NCBI RefSeq assembly: GCF_018977255.1
Contig: NW_024704742.1
Location: 682,001 to 746,000, forward strand
Source of the DNA: Callorhinchus milii
Lineage: Eukaryota
Length of the DNA stretch: 64,000 nucleotides
Reading direction: 5' to 3'
How positions within the stretch are numbered: the stretch's first letter is position 1; each line of letters opens with the position of its first letter. A program made the translations under genes and the position numbers. Of the stretch, positions 14,225-27,715 are shown piece by piece. Below the pieces are notes generated by a model. The model saw only the letters and a list, made by a program, of their open reading frames with translations. It was not told the origin of the DNA and made no database searches.

Positions 14225-15075
14225 TTTAGCTCCAAGATCGTGCCAGCTCCTCCATAGTCTGCAGACATAGATGGATGAATTATTTAAAATCTATGGTTTT
14301 CAGCCAATTTGCGACGCCACTCGGTTTGGGTGGAGAAAGCGGACTTGTTCCTCGTTGACACAGGAATGAATGGCCGACTGTAGTCACGTTGAGGAAAATA
14401 CCTGCAGCTCTCTCCCGGTCGGTCTGTGCTGAGAATGCTAAATGCGTTCTTCAAACTGCGAAAGGAAGTCCTTATAGTTTTGCATTTCTGCTGTGAGAAG
14501 ATAGGCATGCAACGATCACAACCTTACAGATGCACAGCACCCCCAATGCCCTCCGCGGAGTGAGATGATTTAGAAACAAGTCAATGTTGTTGGAGACAAA
14601 TGCAACAGCTGATTTGCCCCAGTAACATCACACAAAGCTAAAATTAATGAACAGCCAATTAATTTGAATTTCTGGAGTGAGTTTGGACGAGGAGGGGTAT
14701 ATAAGCCAGAAAAAATGAAGAAAACTCAGTTGTACGCAGGATGATCCTGTATTTTAGAGACTTGATGATTGGCAGGGACTTGAGTTATATATTGGCTCAG
14801 AACTCTGAACCCTTTGCTCGCTGCTTCTAATGAAAACGCGATCAAAGAAGAACATCTTGAGATGGACCCTGAATGGGGACAGAGTGTGTCGGAGGGACTT
14901 GGGATGGAGTTCCAGAGGGTTAGAATCTAGCCTGCCTGCCCACGGTGGGGCAGACAGGCCGGGTTACGTGAATTTTATTCAGTTAGCATCATGTTTAATC
15001 CAGCAGTTAAACCGCAAAGGAGAAGTGTGGAGATAGAGCCACTGACTGACTGACTGATCCCCTTTCGTGCTGCAG

Positions 15076-15285
15076 GTGTCCTTGTCTGACATAGGAGGGA
15101 TGGAAGACGTGAAGGTCAAACTCAGACAGGCTGTGGAGTGGCCACTCAAGCACCCGGAATGCTTTGTCAGGATGGGGATCCAACCTCCCAAAGGAATTCT
15201 CCTGTACGGGCCTCCCGGATGCTCCAAGACCATGATCGCGAAGGCCTTGGCCAGTGAGAGTGGATTGAACTTTTTGGCTGTGAAG
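15076..15285 (+). CDS. AFG2A: AFG2A/SPATA5 coding exon (210 bp; D2 start with Walker A)
   Basis: Acceptor gctgcag|, donor |gtaata. Translates [78 protein letters not shown] is the Afg2/SPATA5-type D2 Walker A (p97 has GPPGCGKT). Confidence 0.97.
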
Positions 15286-15957
15286 GTAATACATACAGTA
15301 CTGTGCACATCGTAACACTTTATACTGCAACAGCTTGCATTTCTATAGCGCCCTCACAATGATTAGTGTCTCAGAGCGCTTAAACAGCAGTGTGGTTTGA
15401 CACTATAATAATAATAATAATAATAATCCTTGCATTTGATATAGCGCTTTTCACGTCTTCGCGACGTCTCAAAGCGCTTCACAAAATAGACTGTAAAGTG
15501 AATTGGCTGTATATTTGTGGATGAAAATTGTGGACAAGGTTGTTCTCTGTGTTGCAGTCCGATGCTCTTTCTCAAAGCCCTTTCTCGAAAGAAAAACTAA
15601 ACGATCTCCTTGACTCCACTTTCGACTAGTCACCTTCCTCCTCAACTCCCACATCTTCCGCCGGCTTGCTCGGGCCCCCTAATCGTTCTCCCTAAAGCGT
15701 TTTGAGACATGTTTCTACTTGAAAGGCACTGTTTAATTAAGTGCAAGTTGTTGTAGCTGGGTCTCTGTTAAAGTCCAACCCTCACTGCAGCTGCGGTGCA
15801 CTACAGCATGGCCTCTGTTTGTCCAGTGAGACGTGCTCTCACACCCAGTGGCAACACACAGGTTGTGCGGACAGTGTTATTGTATGAATGATATAATTTC
15901 ATGTCAGAGTTGATGATGGTTTGTGACTTGAAGACCCCCTCGATTCCTGTGTGAAGC

Positions 15958-16270
15958 AATAATAATGATAATGATAATACTTGCTTTTGATATAGCGCCT
16001 TATCACATCTTCGAGACGTCGCAAAGCGCTTCACTGAATGTGGGTAGGAGTGTAAAGTGTAGTGACTGTGTATTTTGAGGGCAAAACGTGGCAGCCGACT
16101 GCTCTCAGCAGTGTCCCACAAACAGTCGTGGATTGAGTGACCAAATTATTATTAATATTTTTTTTGAAGGAATTATTACCCCTGGAAAAGCGATCCCCCA
16201 ATCGGCTGACAGGCGGGTTCCTATTACTGCTGGGTAAACAGAGGTGTGGGGAGGAAGGAAACTTGCCCAA
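15958..16270 (-). mobile_element. SINE family A, 5'-truncated. Similar partial copies at about 2920-3135, 6920-7075, 7660-7820, 11340-11500, 15404-15530, 16957-17080, 29295-29630, 38125-38325, 43637-43830, 60145-60330 and 63140-63360
   Basis: Recurrent motifs tccttgcatttgatatagcgccttatcacgtcttcgagacgtctcaaagcgcttcaca and ggcagccaattgcgcacagcagcgtcccacaaacag. Confidence 0.85.
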
Positions 16271-18919
16271 TTGCTCAGATCTTACCCTGTAAATTAGCTG
16301 TGATGAAAGAAACTGTGGTTTGATCTTGCGTGGTTCGATGCCAGGTGTGTGGATCCGAGCATGGGACTCGCGAGTTGTCTTGTGCTTGACATGGTGAGGG
16401 GGCGGGATGGGGGGCTGCGGGTGTACGTGATATTCAGTTTATCATCCCATCGGTTTATTGTACTTAATGGAGCTTCCTCTGCGTCTCCCCGCCCTGACTG
16501 GATCAATACGTTTTGAGATCGTTGGCTTGCGTTATGTTTCCTTGTGAAAGACTATTGGCGAGATTCTGGAGCAGAGTGTCGCTCACCCTTTGATGAATGT
16601 TTCCAACCGGTTTGGCAACAGGGACATAAGGTTTTTTGGGCCAATAAAGCCCAGCCTTGCCAGAGTTGCCTGCAGTCTTTTTTCGCTGGTCGCTAATCAC
16701 GCAAAGGGCACCTGCAATTCCCTCCGCACACATATGCTTGCACACGGTTAACCCAACCCTTAAATCGGTTGCTGTTGTGCTAAAATTTATGCCAGTGCGC
16801 TGCAGTGTCAGCCTAGACTGTGAGTTTCAAAGCCCTCACGAATCAGTCTGAGGCAAGTGTACCACCAATTGAGCCAGGCTGACAGCCAGCTACATGGAGG
16901 GAGGAAAAGCAAATTGGAAGAGCCCAGGGTTTTGTTTTAGTAACCTGCTCTACAAATAATAATAATAGTAATACTTGTACTTGACACTTGTACTTATCAC
17001 GTCTTCGAGACGTCCCAAAGCGCTTCACAGCATATGCTGTGAAGTGAACTGACTGTAATATTTTATTGGCGAAACGCGACAAAACTAAATGTAACATTAT
17101 CGTCAACTGTTGTGGGAGGAATCATTCTTCTGTGCATATTGGGGGGTGGGGGGAGGAGAGAGAGTGGTGATGGGGGTGGGAGTGGGGAAGGAAGAATGTG
17201 TTTTTTGTTTAAATACTAAAACCTGGGAATGTGCAGGACGGAAAAATCTATTGCAGCCCATCTGGCTGGTCCAAGGGTCGAAATTTCTTTATTAAAAAAA
17301 AAATATTCCTACACTTCTCGATCGCTCATTGCCCCTCAATTGAATTCTTTGCCAAATACCTATCTAATTCCCTCTCGGATTTGCTGATGCTGTTCGCCAT
17401 TCAGTTCTGTGCGCTCTCCAGAACCATCTTTGTTTGCTCAACAAATCTCCCATCATGTCCTGAAAGACATGAAAAGCACAAATGGTTTTGGATCAGTCTG
17501 ACAGCGTTTATAGGGCACTCCTTCTTATACACGTTAGCACCAGATACGAGATTTTCAGTCTTCTCTCATAAGGTAGGAGTAAATATTCGAGGCAACGTGC
17601 ATTGTACAATTGTTGGCTGACACTGCAACTGGAGGTCATTCATTGCCTCTGATAGTCTGATGTGGTGATTAATGACCGTTTAGTGTACATTTTATTAACT
17701 TACAAACCAGGAAAAGACAACATCTGCAACATCTTCTATGCAAAATTTCCCCTTGCTAAGACTTGTGGCTGCCATGTATCTTTCTTGGCCCAGGAGAGAG
17801 CACAGATACAATGGGGGAAAGAGCAGGGGAATGGGGTTAGAGCTAATAACTCAACTGTCAACATGCGCACGTGTTAAATTGCCTCCTCCTTTGTCGTCAT
17901 TTCGGTTTTAGATGTACGGTCTTCTTTGTCTGATATTTTCCATCAGTGTAACAGAGAAAAATCCACACTACATAGGATGTCCAAGTACTGGACTAGAAAT
18001 AGGTTTCAAAATCAAGGGAGTGGGTTAAATTGGGAGCTCCAGTTGAACACAGAGTGGCTCCCAACTCAATTTCTCTTCACTTCTCCCCCTTCCCTCCCTT
18101 CCATTCCCCTCCCTTCCCCCCGGGAACTACAAAAAAATGAAATAGGATCATTAACAACAAATGAGCTCAGACATTGAAGGACGCCACTTGGCCCATCAAG
18201 CATTTGCATTTGCTGGGGCCAGAATTTGCCACTGGAGCTATTGACTCGAATCCCACTCTCCTATTCTTTCAGTATGATTCTGTGCTGGTACGAGCTTCCC
18301 CACTGGAGTTATTCATTCCAATCCCACTTCCTTGCCCTTTCCTCCACCTTGTCTGTGCTGGTTTAGTCTTGAATGGAGACATCTCAGAGGGGACTCTATG
18401 CAAATATACAAAAACGAGGCCAGGACACTTGTGCTAGCATCCCCACCCAGAGAGATGGTCGATCTCTCGTCTCACACGGGAGGAAACCTTGCACAGAGGA
18501 AGGTATTGCAGATGCTTGTTGACAGATGTGAGTCAACTCCCTTGACGTGTCAGTTCAGAAGGTGCTGGCGGTGTATGTAATTTCAGATGAATCTCACATC
18601 TGTTTTCTGCACTGAAGAACACAATCTTCTAATTTGCAGATTTGATCTAAACCCACCTCTCTGCTTCCTCCTTTGTCTGAAACCCAGATGAATTTGGAGA
18701 TGTGTGGGGTAAACTGGAAGAGGGAAATGGATTCTACAGATGAATCCCAGTATGCTTAAAGATAATTGTCATCTCAGGCTCTCAGACTTTCCTGTGTTGT
18801 TAGAGGTGCTGTCCTTTGGATCTCACATTAAACCGAACGCATTCAATAAGATAGACATAAATGGGCTTTTCACTTATTGGTGGGTCCATTACAAGGGGTG
18901 TAATTATAAGATAATCATT

Positions 18920-19290
18920 ACAACAACAACTTGCATTTATACAGCGCCCCCCTCACACAGGGCAGCGTCCCAGAGCGCTTGACAGTGGCGGAGCATGACT
19001 CCGAGCCGGGGGGAGAGGGGGAGGTGACCATAGGCACGGTCGAATAGGAATAGGAAGATCTTCAGGCATGACCTGAAGATGGGGAGGAAAGGGGTGAGGC
19101 GGGGGGATAGAGGAGGAGTGTTCCAGAGTTTCGGGGCGTAGCGGCTGAAAGCGCAGCCAGCAATGGTGGAACGGAGGGCACGAGGAACAGGCAAAAGGCA
19201 GTCAAGCGGAGGCAGCGGGTTGTGGGTTGGGGGGTAAGCAGGTCGGAGAGGGAGGGAGGTGCCCGGGGATGAAGAGATTCGAAAGCGAGC
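18920..19290 (-). mobile_element. L2-clade LINE 3' fragment
   Basis: Peptide VPRALRSTIAGCAFSRYAPKLWN...FRSCLKIFLF, plus tail gcgctctgggacgctgccc...gcgctgtataaatgcaagttgttgttg. Confidence 0.85.
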
Positions 19291-20735
19291 AGGAGTTTCT
19301 TGAAATCCTCACAAATCTTTACTCAGAGAGCCGTGCGAATGTGGAACTCGCCATCAAAGAGGTCGTGCAAACACTGATCCAGACTGATTGGGCCAAATGG
19401 TCAGATTCGGCACTCTACAGACTTTGCACTTATATGTAATTCTACGTAAAATGTCTACAGGAAACTGAAGGTCTACCTGTCCAGGTGAATGTTAAAGATT
19501 CCATGGCACTACTTGAATAAGTAGTGCATTTCTCCTGGTGATCTGGCCGCAAATCTCCCGAACAAAATATATCCTTCAAGTTTGTCTACGGGACATTTCT
19601 GTGCCAAATTGACTTTTTTTCACCTACGAAATACACAGTCACTATTACATCACAGTGTGTACTATACATCAGACATTCTTCTACTGTGAACGGTGCTATT
19701 TGAAACGCAAGGATTATTATTGTAGACGGTAACGAGGATACCTAGTATTATCAAACTAGATGTGTACAACCCAGTAGCCGTGCGTTGGACCATCGTTATA
19801 ATAACCTTTAGCTGGTAAGGAGATTCAACTCCAGGTTAGATTAACCACCAGCAACTTATCTTCCCTTTTACCAGTGAGTCGTTCAGAACAATGTCAAGCT
19901 CTGGTTAACTTTTTTTTGTGTGTTTAACCGTTTGCAATGACAGAAACGTTGTCCGAAAATTTACGTTTCACTCTTCTAAAGCCGAAGGCAAAGTTTGTAT
20001 CATGAAACGTATTCCTGAGTGACTCGCGCTCTCTTACCAGATTGTAGCGCCAGCCCCAGTGCTTTAGGACTGTAACTAAATAGAATGACTTGGGTGTCCA
20101 GGAAATCCTCTGTGCTGATCAAACATGAAAATGAGGCCCGTATCCAAGCAATTTTCCACTGCTGATAGCTGATCCTTATGAGCCTTAATTCCCTCCTCCT
20201 CCTTCCCCGCCCCCCCCCACCCTCCCCCCCCCCCCCCCCCCCACACACACACACAGCTTGAATGATGGCTTTATAGGTTGTGTGCTTACGGCCCTAGCGT
20301 CGTTGAACACACTGGGGTTAAATTTGTGGCACTTCTCAATGGAATCTTTAATTAAAGAAGAAGAACAACAACAACAACAAGAATTGCTTTTAGAATTCCC
20401 GTCGATCCCTAGGAACTCCGCTTCAGAATCAGACTGGGTTGAAAGTGGCTTTCCTGCAGATCTGCTTACGAAACAAGGTCCCAAGTTACCCGACTCAGAA
20501 ATCCTGCAAATTCCATCCCACTCTTGTGCCTTCATATCTTTTCCAGTTATCGCCCCAGGTCACATTATTAAGACACAGACATTTAGAGATTAAAGGTTAG
20601 TTGAAACTTGGAAAAAGTTATTGTAGTGCTTCACAGGCCTTGTTTTTGTTTCACAAAAGAAATACCAATCCCTTTCCGAATGCGCAAGACCCACTTCAAT
20701 GTCCAAACACTGAGGTAAACATTGGCTAACCTTAA

Positions 20736-21110
20736 AAATAATAATAATAATCCTTGCATTTTGATATATCGCCTTATCACGTCTTCTAGACTTCTCAAAG
20801 CGTTTCGCAGAATATAATATAAAGTGAATTGACTGTATATTTTGTGGCACAGCAGTGTCCCACAAACAGTCGTGACCAATTTGAGTGACCAAATTATAAT
20901 TTATTTAGTTTTATGTATTGTTTTTTGAAGGGATTATTACCCCTGGAAAATTGATCCACCAATCGACTAACAACCAGGTTCCTGCTGGCTGCTGGGAAAA
21001 CAGAGGCGTGTGGAGTAAGGAAACTTGTCTAAGGTTTCCCTGCCCGGGAATCGAACCCAGGTCCTCTCGCTTGTGAGGCGAGTGCTCTCACCACTGAGCT
21101 ACAGGACTCC
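20736..21110 (-). mobile_element. tRNA-derived SINE family A, full length
   Basis: Minus strand begins ggagtcctgtagctcagtggtgagagc (A-box), has ggttcgattccc (B-box), the family A body, and the tail ...atatcaaaatgcaaggattattattatt. Confidence 0.9.
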
Positions 21111-21639
21111 ACTTAAATAGGAAACGGGGACAGTAGGAGGCTAACCATGTTGTAATCTGATTTAATGGTGGTTTAGAGGAGTCAGTGCACATCCTTCACT
21201 GTGTTACGGTTATTAAAAGAAGGACTCTCTAACGTGCTTTGCGCCCTGATGATCAAACGGATACTTCCAGTGGGATTACCAGCAGTTGGTGTGCTAAATT
21301 GAAAGTCAGCAGCTTACTTAGTGGGTCACAACCCCGATTCGTGGATCCTGAATCCTGTCGGTAACCAGATACGTGTCGCGGTGACACGTGGGGGCTCCCT
21401 AGGAGGGGAATCCCCGCAGGATGGAGGTTCTGTTACCGGCAGGATTCAATATTTACAAATCAGGATTGTCAGTATCGCCTTCATTCCTTAAAGACTCGCT
21501 TTAAGTGCCCTGGGCCGCTGCCCTGCGTGAGGGGCTCTATGTAAATGCGAGTTGTTGTCATTTATTTCTTTGTCTTTGGATTGTTCCTGATCCAAATGTG
21601 CCTTCAAGCTTGAGCCAGTCGTTTCTGTTATCGGTGACG

Positions 21640-21905
21640 TTTGCTGGTTTCAGCTGAGGTTGCACGAGGAGGCTAAATTAAATTGGCCCCAGTTTTCCCA
21701 GGGTGTGTGTGGGAGGCCAAACCAGCCAGAATTCGTGCTCCCGGTCCCCCTATAGGCACCCTCTCGTAATAGGACACGTGCCGGACGAGGTCAGGCTCAG
21801 GCGTGATGGCCTTCTGCAGATGAGTTGTTCTGCCAAAACTCACTGCCAAGGTTCACACGTGAATACTGGCCTTGAAAGCGGGTGGTCTGCAGGGCTACTG
21901 GAACC
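21640..21905 (+). mobile_element. Old SINE-like interspersed repeat (third family). Related pieces at about 9290-9350, 9690-9885 and 40440-40530 (minus)
   Basis: Motifs gggagg...cagccag...ctcag.c.gatggcc...cac..gtgaata are shared with the 9700 region; head motif gtactgagccatacagaccag. Confidence 0.4.
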
Positions 21906-22144
21906 CCGCACCCCAGCGTGAAGACCCCAGGAACCAGGAGCAGAGAGCCATCTTGCCGGCAGGGAGAACACTGGACACACTCAAACTTAAAAAAACTGTT
22001 GGTGTGAGGACACTCCCTGTGCGTGCGACTGTGATGTGATGGGAAGAGTTTAGTGTTTGGGAGTGTTGTATTTACCGCTCTCGTATACCCTGTCATCATA
22101 ATATGGAACATCAACAACATCTCGGTCTCTTTCTTTCTCTTTAG

Positions 22145-22198
22145 GGACCGGAACTGATGAGCAAGTACGTGGGTGAATCTGAGCGAGCCGTGCGAGAG
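22145..22198 (+). CDS. AFG2A: AFG2A/SPATA5 coding exon (54 bp; D2 pore loop 1)
   Basis: Strong polypyrimidine tract ctctttctttctctttag|, donor |gtaagg. Translates GPELMSKYVGESERAVRE, in frame with both neighbours. Confidence 0.96.
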
Positions 22199-22987
22199 GT
22201 AAGGTGGGCAGATTCTAAATAGCGTTTCAGTAATGTTTTGTAGGCGTCCCACCTACAACATACACAGTCGCTGCACTTTACGGTAAATCCTTTGAAGGAA
22301 GCGCTTTGAGACATCCTCTCGATATCCAACGTAAGGTCAAGCACCAGTCAATGCTGAACCAGTCAATATTGAATTCGTGGGTAATCGAACAATCTAAAGA
22401 CTTAAAAAAAACACCTACTGGGCTCACGCCACACAGTGACTCACGGCGTTTGAGAAATGTATTAAACGAGTTACTTTTAATGACAGTAAAACTCACACAA
22501 GTCGTATCAGTCGGGAACGTAACATTTAATAGGACTTGTGCGAAGTCCGAGTTACAAGCAAACTTGTTAATCAATAATCTACATTTCGGTACTTTGTCGC
22601 TGAAGCTGGTAAGTGGCGCATGAGGTGACGGGTCCAAACTACGTTTTCCCTGCGTCTTGACCTGTCTCTGCGCAACTTTGCAATCGCATTGAATCGCGGG
22701 AAATTAAGTTCTTCTGTCCATGCAGTGGCAGATCAAGACGTCACTTCCCTTGATTCAAGGCAGCCGGCCGGTCAGTGCCCGATTTAGGAGATGATTTGCT
22801 TATAAAATGCGACAAGTGCAAAGAAATCAAAGTGGTTTTGATAAGAAACTTTGTGGGACTCGGTTGCATGTACGACTTATACGCTTTATAAAGATAAGAC
22901 TTACGCGAGGTTTACTGTCGTACGTTGCGTGGATATCTGAATGTCTTGGGAGGCATCGGGTCATTAATTTTTCCTTTGTTTGCGTAG

Positions 22988-23067
22988 ATTTTCAGGAAGG
23001 CCAGGGCTGTGGCTCCTTCGATTCTCTTCTTCGATGAAATAGATGCCTTGGCTGTTGAGAGAGGAAG
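22988..23067 (+). CDS. AFG2A: AFG2A/SPATA5 coding exon (80 bp; D2 Walker B)
   Basis: Acceptor ttttcctttgtttgcgtag|, donor |gtgaga. Translates IFRKARAVAPSILFFDEIDALAVERG(S); Walker B is ILFFDE; ends in phase 2. Confidence 0.96.
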
Positions 23068-23299
23068 GTGAGATTTCTACGTTTATCGACCAGATTTACA
23101 ATCCGAAAGCCTTTCCGGGCTTCTCTGGGGTTGAGTCGTGGTTACATTTTACTCAAAGCGGATGGTGGCTTCTGTGAAGTAGAGGTGCGTCTGGTTGGTA
23201 ATACATCGCGTGTGCCTTGTTCGGGATTGAACACCGCAGGCTTTAATAACAGATTCATCAAGTGCCATATTGTAGATTGTCGAATCCGCGCATCTTGTG

Positions 23300-23640
23300 T
23301 GATCCATGTCCTGCTCGTCCCTTGCACCCTCTGCTCCACCATCGGAGGTCGCACTTTCAGCCATTATGCCCCGAATCTCTGGAATGCTCTCCCTGGATCC
23401 CTCCGCCTTGCCCCCCTCCCCTTTTTCCAGTCCCGCCTGAAAAAAACGCAAAAAAACGATCTTCACAATTTCTTCACCAAGGCCAATGCCAACAACGCTT
23501 CCTTTTCGACCGGCTTGGAGTCAGAGCGCCTCCTTTAAGTGCTCTGAGACGCTACTCTGCGTGGAGGGCGCTATATATATGCACGTGTATATATATATAT
23601 ATATATATGATATATACATGCGTGCAAGTTGTTGTTGTTC
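23300..23640 (+). mobile_element. L2 LINE 3' fragment containing a short inverted insertion
   Basis: LLVPCTLCSTIGGRTFSHYAPNLWNALPGSLRLAP...FQSRLK, then tail ...gagggcgctata...gcaagttgttgttg. Confidence 0.85.
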
Positions 23641-26379
23641 CTCGGTACGTTACAGCATAAGAACGGGCCATTCAGCAAGACTAGTCCACGCCAGTGTTTG
23701 TGCTTCACAGAGGCCCACAACCCTCTATTCCCTTCTCCCTCGGGAACGCATAATAAGAGACCGTTCCGCAATGGAACATGTCCAGGGCACATTCTTCTCA
23801 TTCACGTCACTTCCATGAACTAAGGAGCGGTGACGTGTGGTGAAGTGATGGATTGGCACCAGCGCTGGCGTTGGTGGCGTTGATCTTGGTGAAGAAATTG
23901 TGAAGATCGTTTTTTTGTGTCTGTGTCAGCCTGGCAGCACCCTCGCTCTGAGTCAGAAGGTTGTGGGTGAAGTCCCAGGTTGGGATGTGGAATCACGTAG
24001 GCTAAGCTGACAATCCGATACAGTGCTGTCCTTCGGATGAGATGTTAAACCGAGATCTGTGCTGCTCCGATTGCCTACAAATACACAGTGACTTTATTTC
24101 ACAGGCATTTTGTGAAACACTTTGAGACGTCCTTTGGCATAACGCCGTGCGTGATAAGGCACTATTACCAAATGCAAGGATTATTATGTCGCACCTTTAG
24201 TTGGAGGCCATTAGGAAGTCTCGGAAAAAGTTATACCAGAAAGTCCCTTTAATTGTGACCAATATGGGTAACGTCGTTTGAGACGAACAGGAGGTTTCGT
24301 ACAGATTCTGTACAGAACAACTTTCTTGTCAATCTTCAGCAGGATCAATGGGTGTTTAATTTTTTGGCATGTGTGACACGTGTCAGTGAGTCAGATAAAA
24401 CACTTCATTAACTCCTAGACTTAGCCCTGCTTCTTTTTCGGGAATTAGGCTAATGTTTGAGACCAAACTTCCATTGAGCAACAAAGTAGATTCCGGTTCC
24501 CAGTACATTCTCCATCCCAATTTCAGATCCAGACCCGCCTGTCCTGTTAGTCCCATCGATGGTGCCTATGACCTGTTATATACTTAAACCCTTTGTCCTG
24601 TCTCCTTTCCTGAACATCTGATGGGAGAACGTCAACATTTGTGCAGATGTTGCAATGTTTTTCTTGGGCGAGTTACTGCTGTGCAACAAATAAGTTCTGC
24701 CGCTGGATTTATCAGTCTCTGGGGGACACACAGCTGACCACGAAGATCCTGAGCAATTTTGTTTTCCTGACAGTATCTTCCGGTGTACTTGTTAACCAGC
24801 TGTGCGTGTTCAGCAAATGCAATCGGAACAAAACCACGCTGGCATGCTCACGATAGAGGCAGCTGTGTCCCCTCTAAAACCCTTTCCATTCCAACTGCTT
24901 CGGCTAAGCAGTATTTTGAAGAGGTTTCACGTTGCTGAAGTAGCTTTGTATTTCATTGACGAAAGTAACTTCCTGGCCACATAAAGCAGATCCATCCATC
25001 GTCTGTTGAGGCCTACAACATTCCCCAATCTGCCCCAGAATTTCTCATGGTTTTAACATTAAAACCATCGTCGGAATGTTTTAAGATAGTTCCAGAGATT
25101 CAGAAAATTCTTCAATTCAGTTTTAATTTGGAAAGCTGGTTTCCTGCTGTCCGTTTTCCAAATTAAGCCTGAATTTGTGAGTTTAAGATCTTAAATTTTA
25201 AGACGGCAAACGAAAGACTAATAAGACCATGAGGATTTTCAGAACTGTGGTGTCTGACTCACCCTAAGCTTCTGTGTCAGCCTGACTCAGTTGGTAAGAC
25301 TCTCCCTTCCGAGTCCGAAGCTTGTGGGTTCAAGCCTCATGTCAGGACTTTGAAATCATAGTCTAGGCTGACACTCAAGTCCAATACTGGGGGGAGAGCA
25401 TCCATGGGATGAGATATTAAACCGGGGTCCCTGTGCCTGTCAAGATGGACGTTAAAGTGAATGGAGTTTCTTCACAACAGCAACAACTTGCAAGGCAGAG
25501 TATGCAACGTTGGGGGAGTGAGGGGAGAATATATATCTGCTGTAATTGGGCGGCATGTCATTCCATTCTTTGCTCACACTGTACAGTAAATCCTGGGCAT
25601 TTTGACGTGATAAGACACGATACAAATACAAGTATTATGATTATTATTAATAACAACAATAAAAATGCCACACTCGAATGGCGATCGCCAAGAACCTTTT
25701 TGGACCATTTCTCCTCCAGGAGCAATGCTCAGTTGTAATGAGGACTGTTTAATATTAGTGGGGGAGTAGGGGGGAGCGAGGGAATGTGTTTCCCACGGGT
25801 GATCCAGACACTGCCTTCCAACCAGTGACAGAAACATGGTGACGCACACCAGCATTCGTTCCTTTTGTGCAATTGCTACCAGATGAGAGAGTGAAGTGCA
25901 AAGGCGCGCTGACTCCCATCAAATTAATCTGAAACCAAACGGGGTGGGAATTCAGACAAGATGGTCGCTGGAACCCATTTGTTTCCTCCGCTGATTTCGC
26001 ACAGCAGGAATGCATGACCAGATTGAGGCCGGTTAAAGTGCACCCTCTCGGGAGCGTTTGCTGCCAGGTAGTGACTTCCTTTTGGGCAAAAATATACCTT
26101 CTCCGTTGTTTGTTGTCTTGAAAGCACCTGCTTTGAAACGAGACGTGATGAGTTAGCCGAGTGTTTCTGCTGCTGCAGTAAGTGGCCTCAAAGTGGGAAA
26201 TGGCAGCTAAAGACAGCGTCGGTAAAGCAACCGAGGTGCTGCGTGTCAAAACATTTTCTCATGTGAGACCGTAAAGAATGGAAGCGACTGACTGGCACTC
26301 AGAGTTGAAGTTCAAAGGTTTAGCATTGGGTCCTTTGTTTTCAAAAAAAAGTTTTCGTTCACCCCCAATCGCCAAGTTT

Positions 26380-26438
26380 TGTGTGTGTGTGTGTGTGTGT
26401 GGGTGTGTGCGTGTGTGTGTGCGTGTGTGCGTGTGTGT
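26380..26438. repeat. (GT)n microsatellite; another at 58703-58733
   Basis: Seen directly in the sequence. Confidence 0.95.
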
Positions 26439-27715
26439 CATGGTGAAAGAGATTTATTTTGTTGTACATCGTTTACCAGAGCTCTCCCCGTTTTCCATTC
26501 TTCCGTTCCCTTCTTTGCCCGTAAAATACACTGTCACTGGACTTTGCAGCAAATTCTCTGAAGCACTTTGAGACACTTTGATGACACGATAAGGTGCTAT
26601 ATTAAATGCAAGGATTAGTAATATTTTTGTAGCTCAGTTTCTTTGGAACGCTTCTGTCTTGCTTTATGGAACATAATACTGCCCGAAGAAGGGATTCTTT
26701 TTTTTCGTTAATGCCTCTGCGATGGATTTAACTCACGTTTAGCTTTGCTGTTTATTTTTTATTTAATTTTGACAAATAAATATAGTCATTTCTGTGCCAC
26801 TCTTTCAGCAAACATTCCATGCACACGTTATGCGTTTCACAAAGAAATCTAATGATCTTTACACTTGCAATAGCACCTTTCACGTCTGGAGGGCGTCCCA
26901 AATCTCTTCACGGGATGTACTGTAAAGTGCAGTATCTGTGTTTTCTGGACAAACGATGCATTTCGTACAAAAACATATGACCTGTCTGCCACGTTTGCCC
27001 ACAAAATACACCACTTTACAGTATATCCTGTGAAGCGCTTTGAGGTGTCTCAACGACATAATAAGGCGCTAAATCAAATGTAGGGGTTAATATTATAATG
27101 ATTTCACACCAAAAAAATGCACGATGTATTTCACAAAAAAAAAGCATCGCTAACACACAAAAGTATATGAAGGTATTCCAATTCAAAACGTACTTTCTCT
27201 TTTATGCTTTCCCAAAAACCTTCCGTTTCTCTAACCAAAGACTGCCTAGATTTGCCAATATTCACCCAAATGAGACAGTCAGTTCTGGGCTCAATGTGTT
27301 TCTTCTGTTCACAAAACTAAACTTTGTTTATTATAATTGTTCCTGTTCGTGATTCGATTTTTTTTTTGTCCGCCAGAAGCCTTTGAACTGCAAATTAAAC
27401 TTGCGAATTAACGAGCATTTTACAAATAAAATCCGTTTTAATTCAGAGCAAGAAAGAACACAATAATTGTAAAAAGAAAACGAAGCGAGTTGCTCTTGAA
27501 TGAAGTCTTCAGTTAAGAAAACTTATAATCCTTACATTTGGTGTGCAGCCTTCCACGTCAGCAGGAGGTCTCAAAGTGCTTCACCAGGATATGTTGTGGC
27601 GTAGCGACTGTGTGTTTGTGGAGACTCAGTTACTTTACTCTTATATACGCCAGTGCTTGCTCCCACTTACGGTTCCGCCACTTTCACACACACTCCCCGT
27701 ATTCCTTATTCCTGT

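Noticed and set aside
16300..16500. C/D-box snoRNA (GTGATGA ... CTGA)
   Set aside because: The boxes are about 190 nt apart and I saw no terminal stem or guide complementarity.
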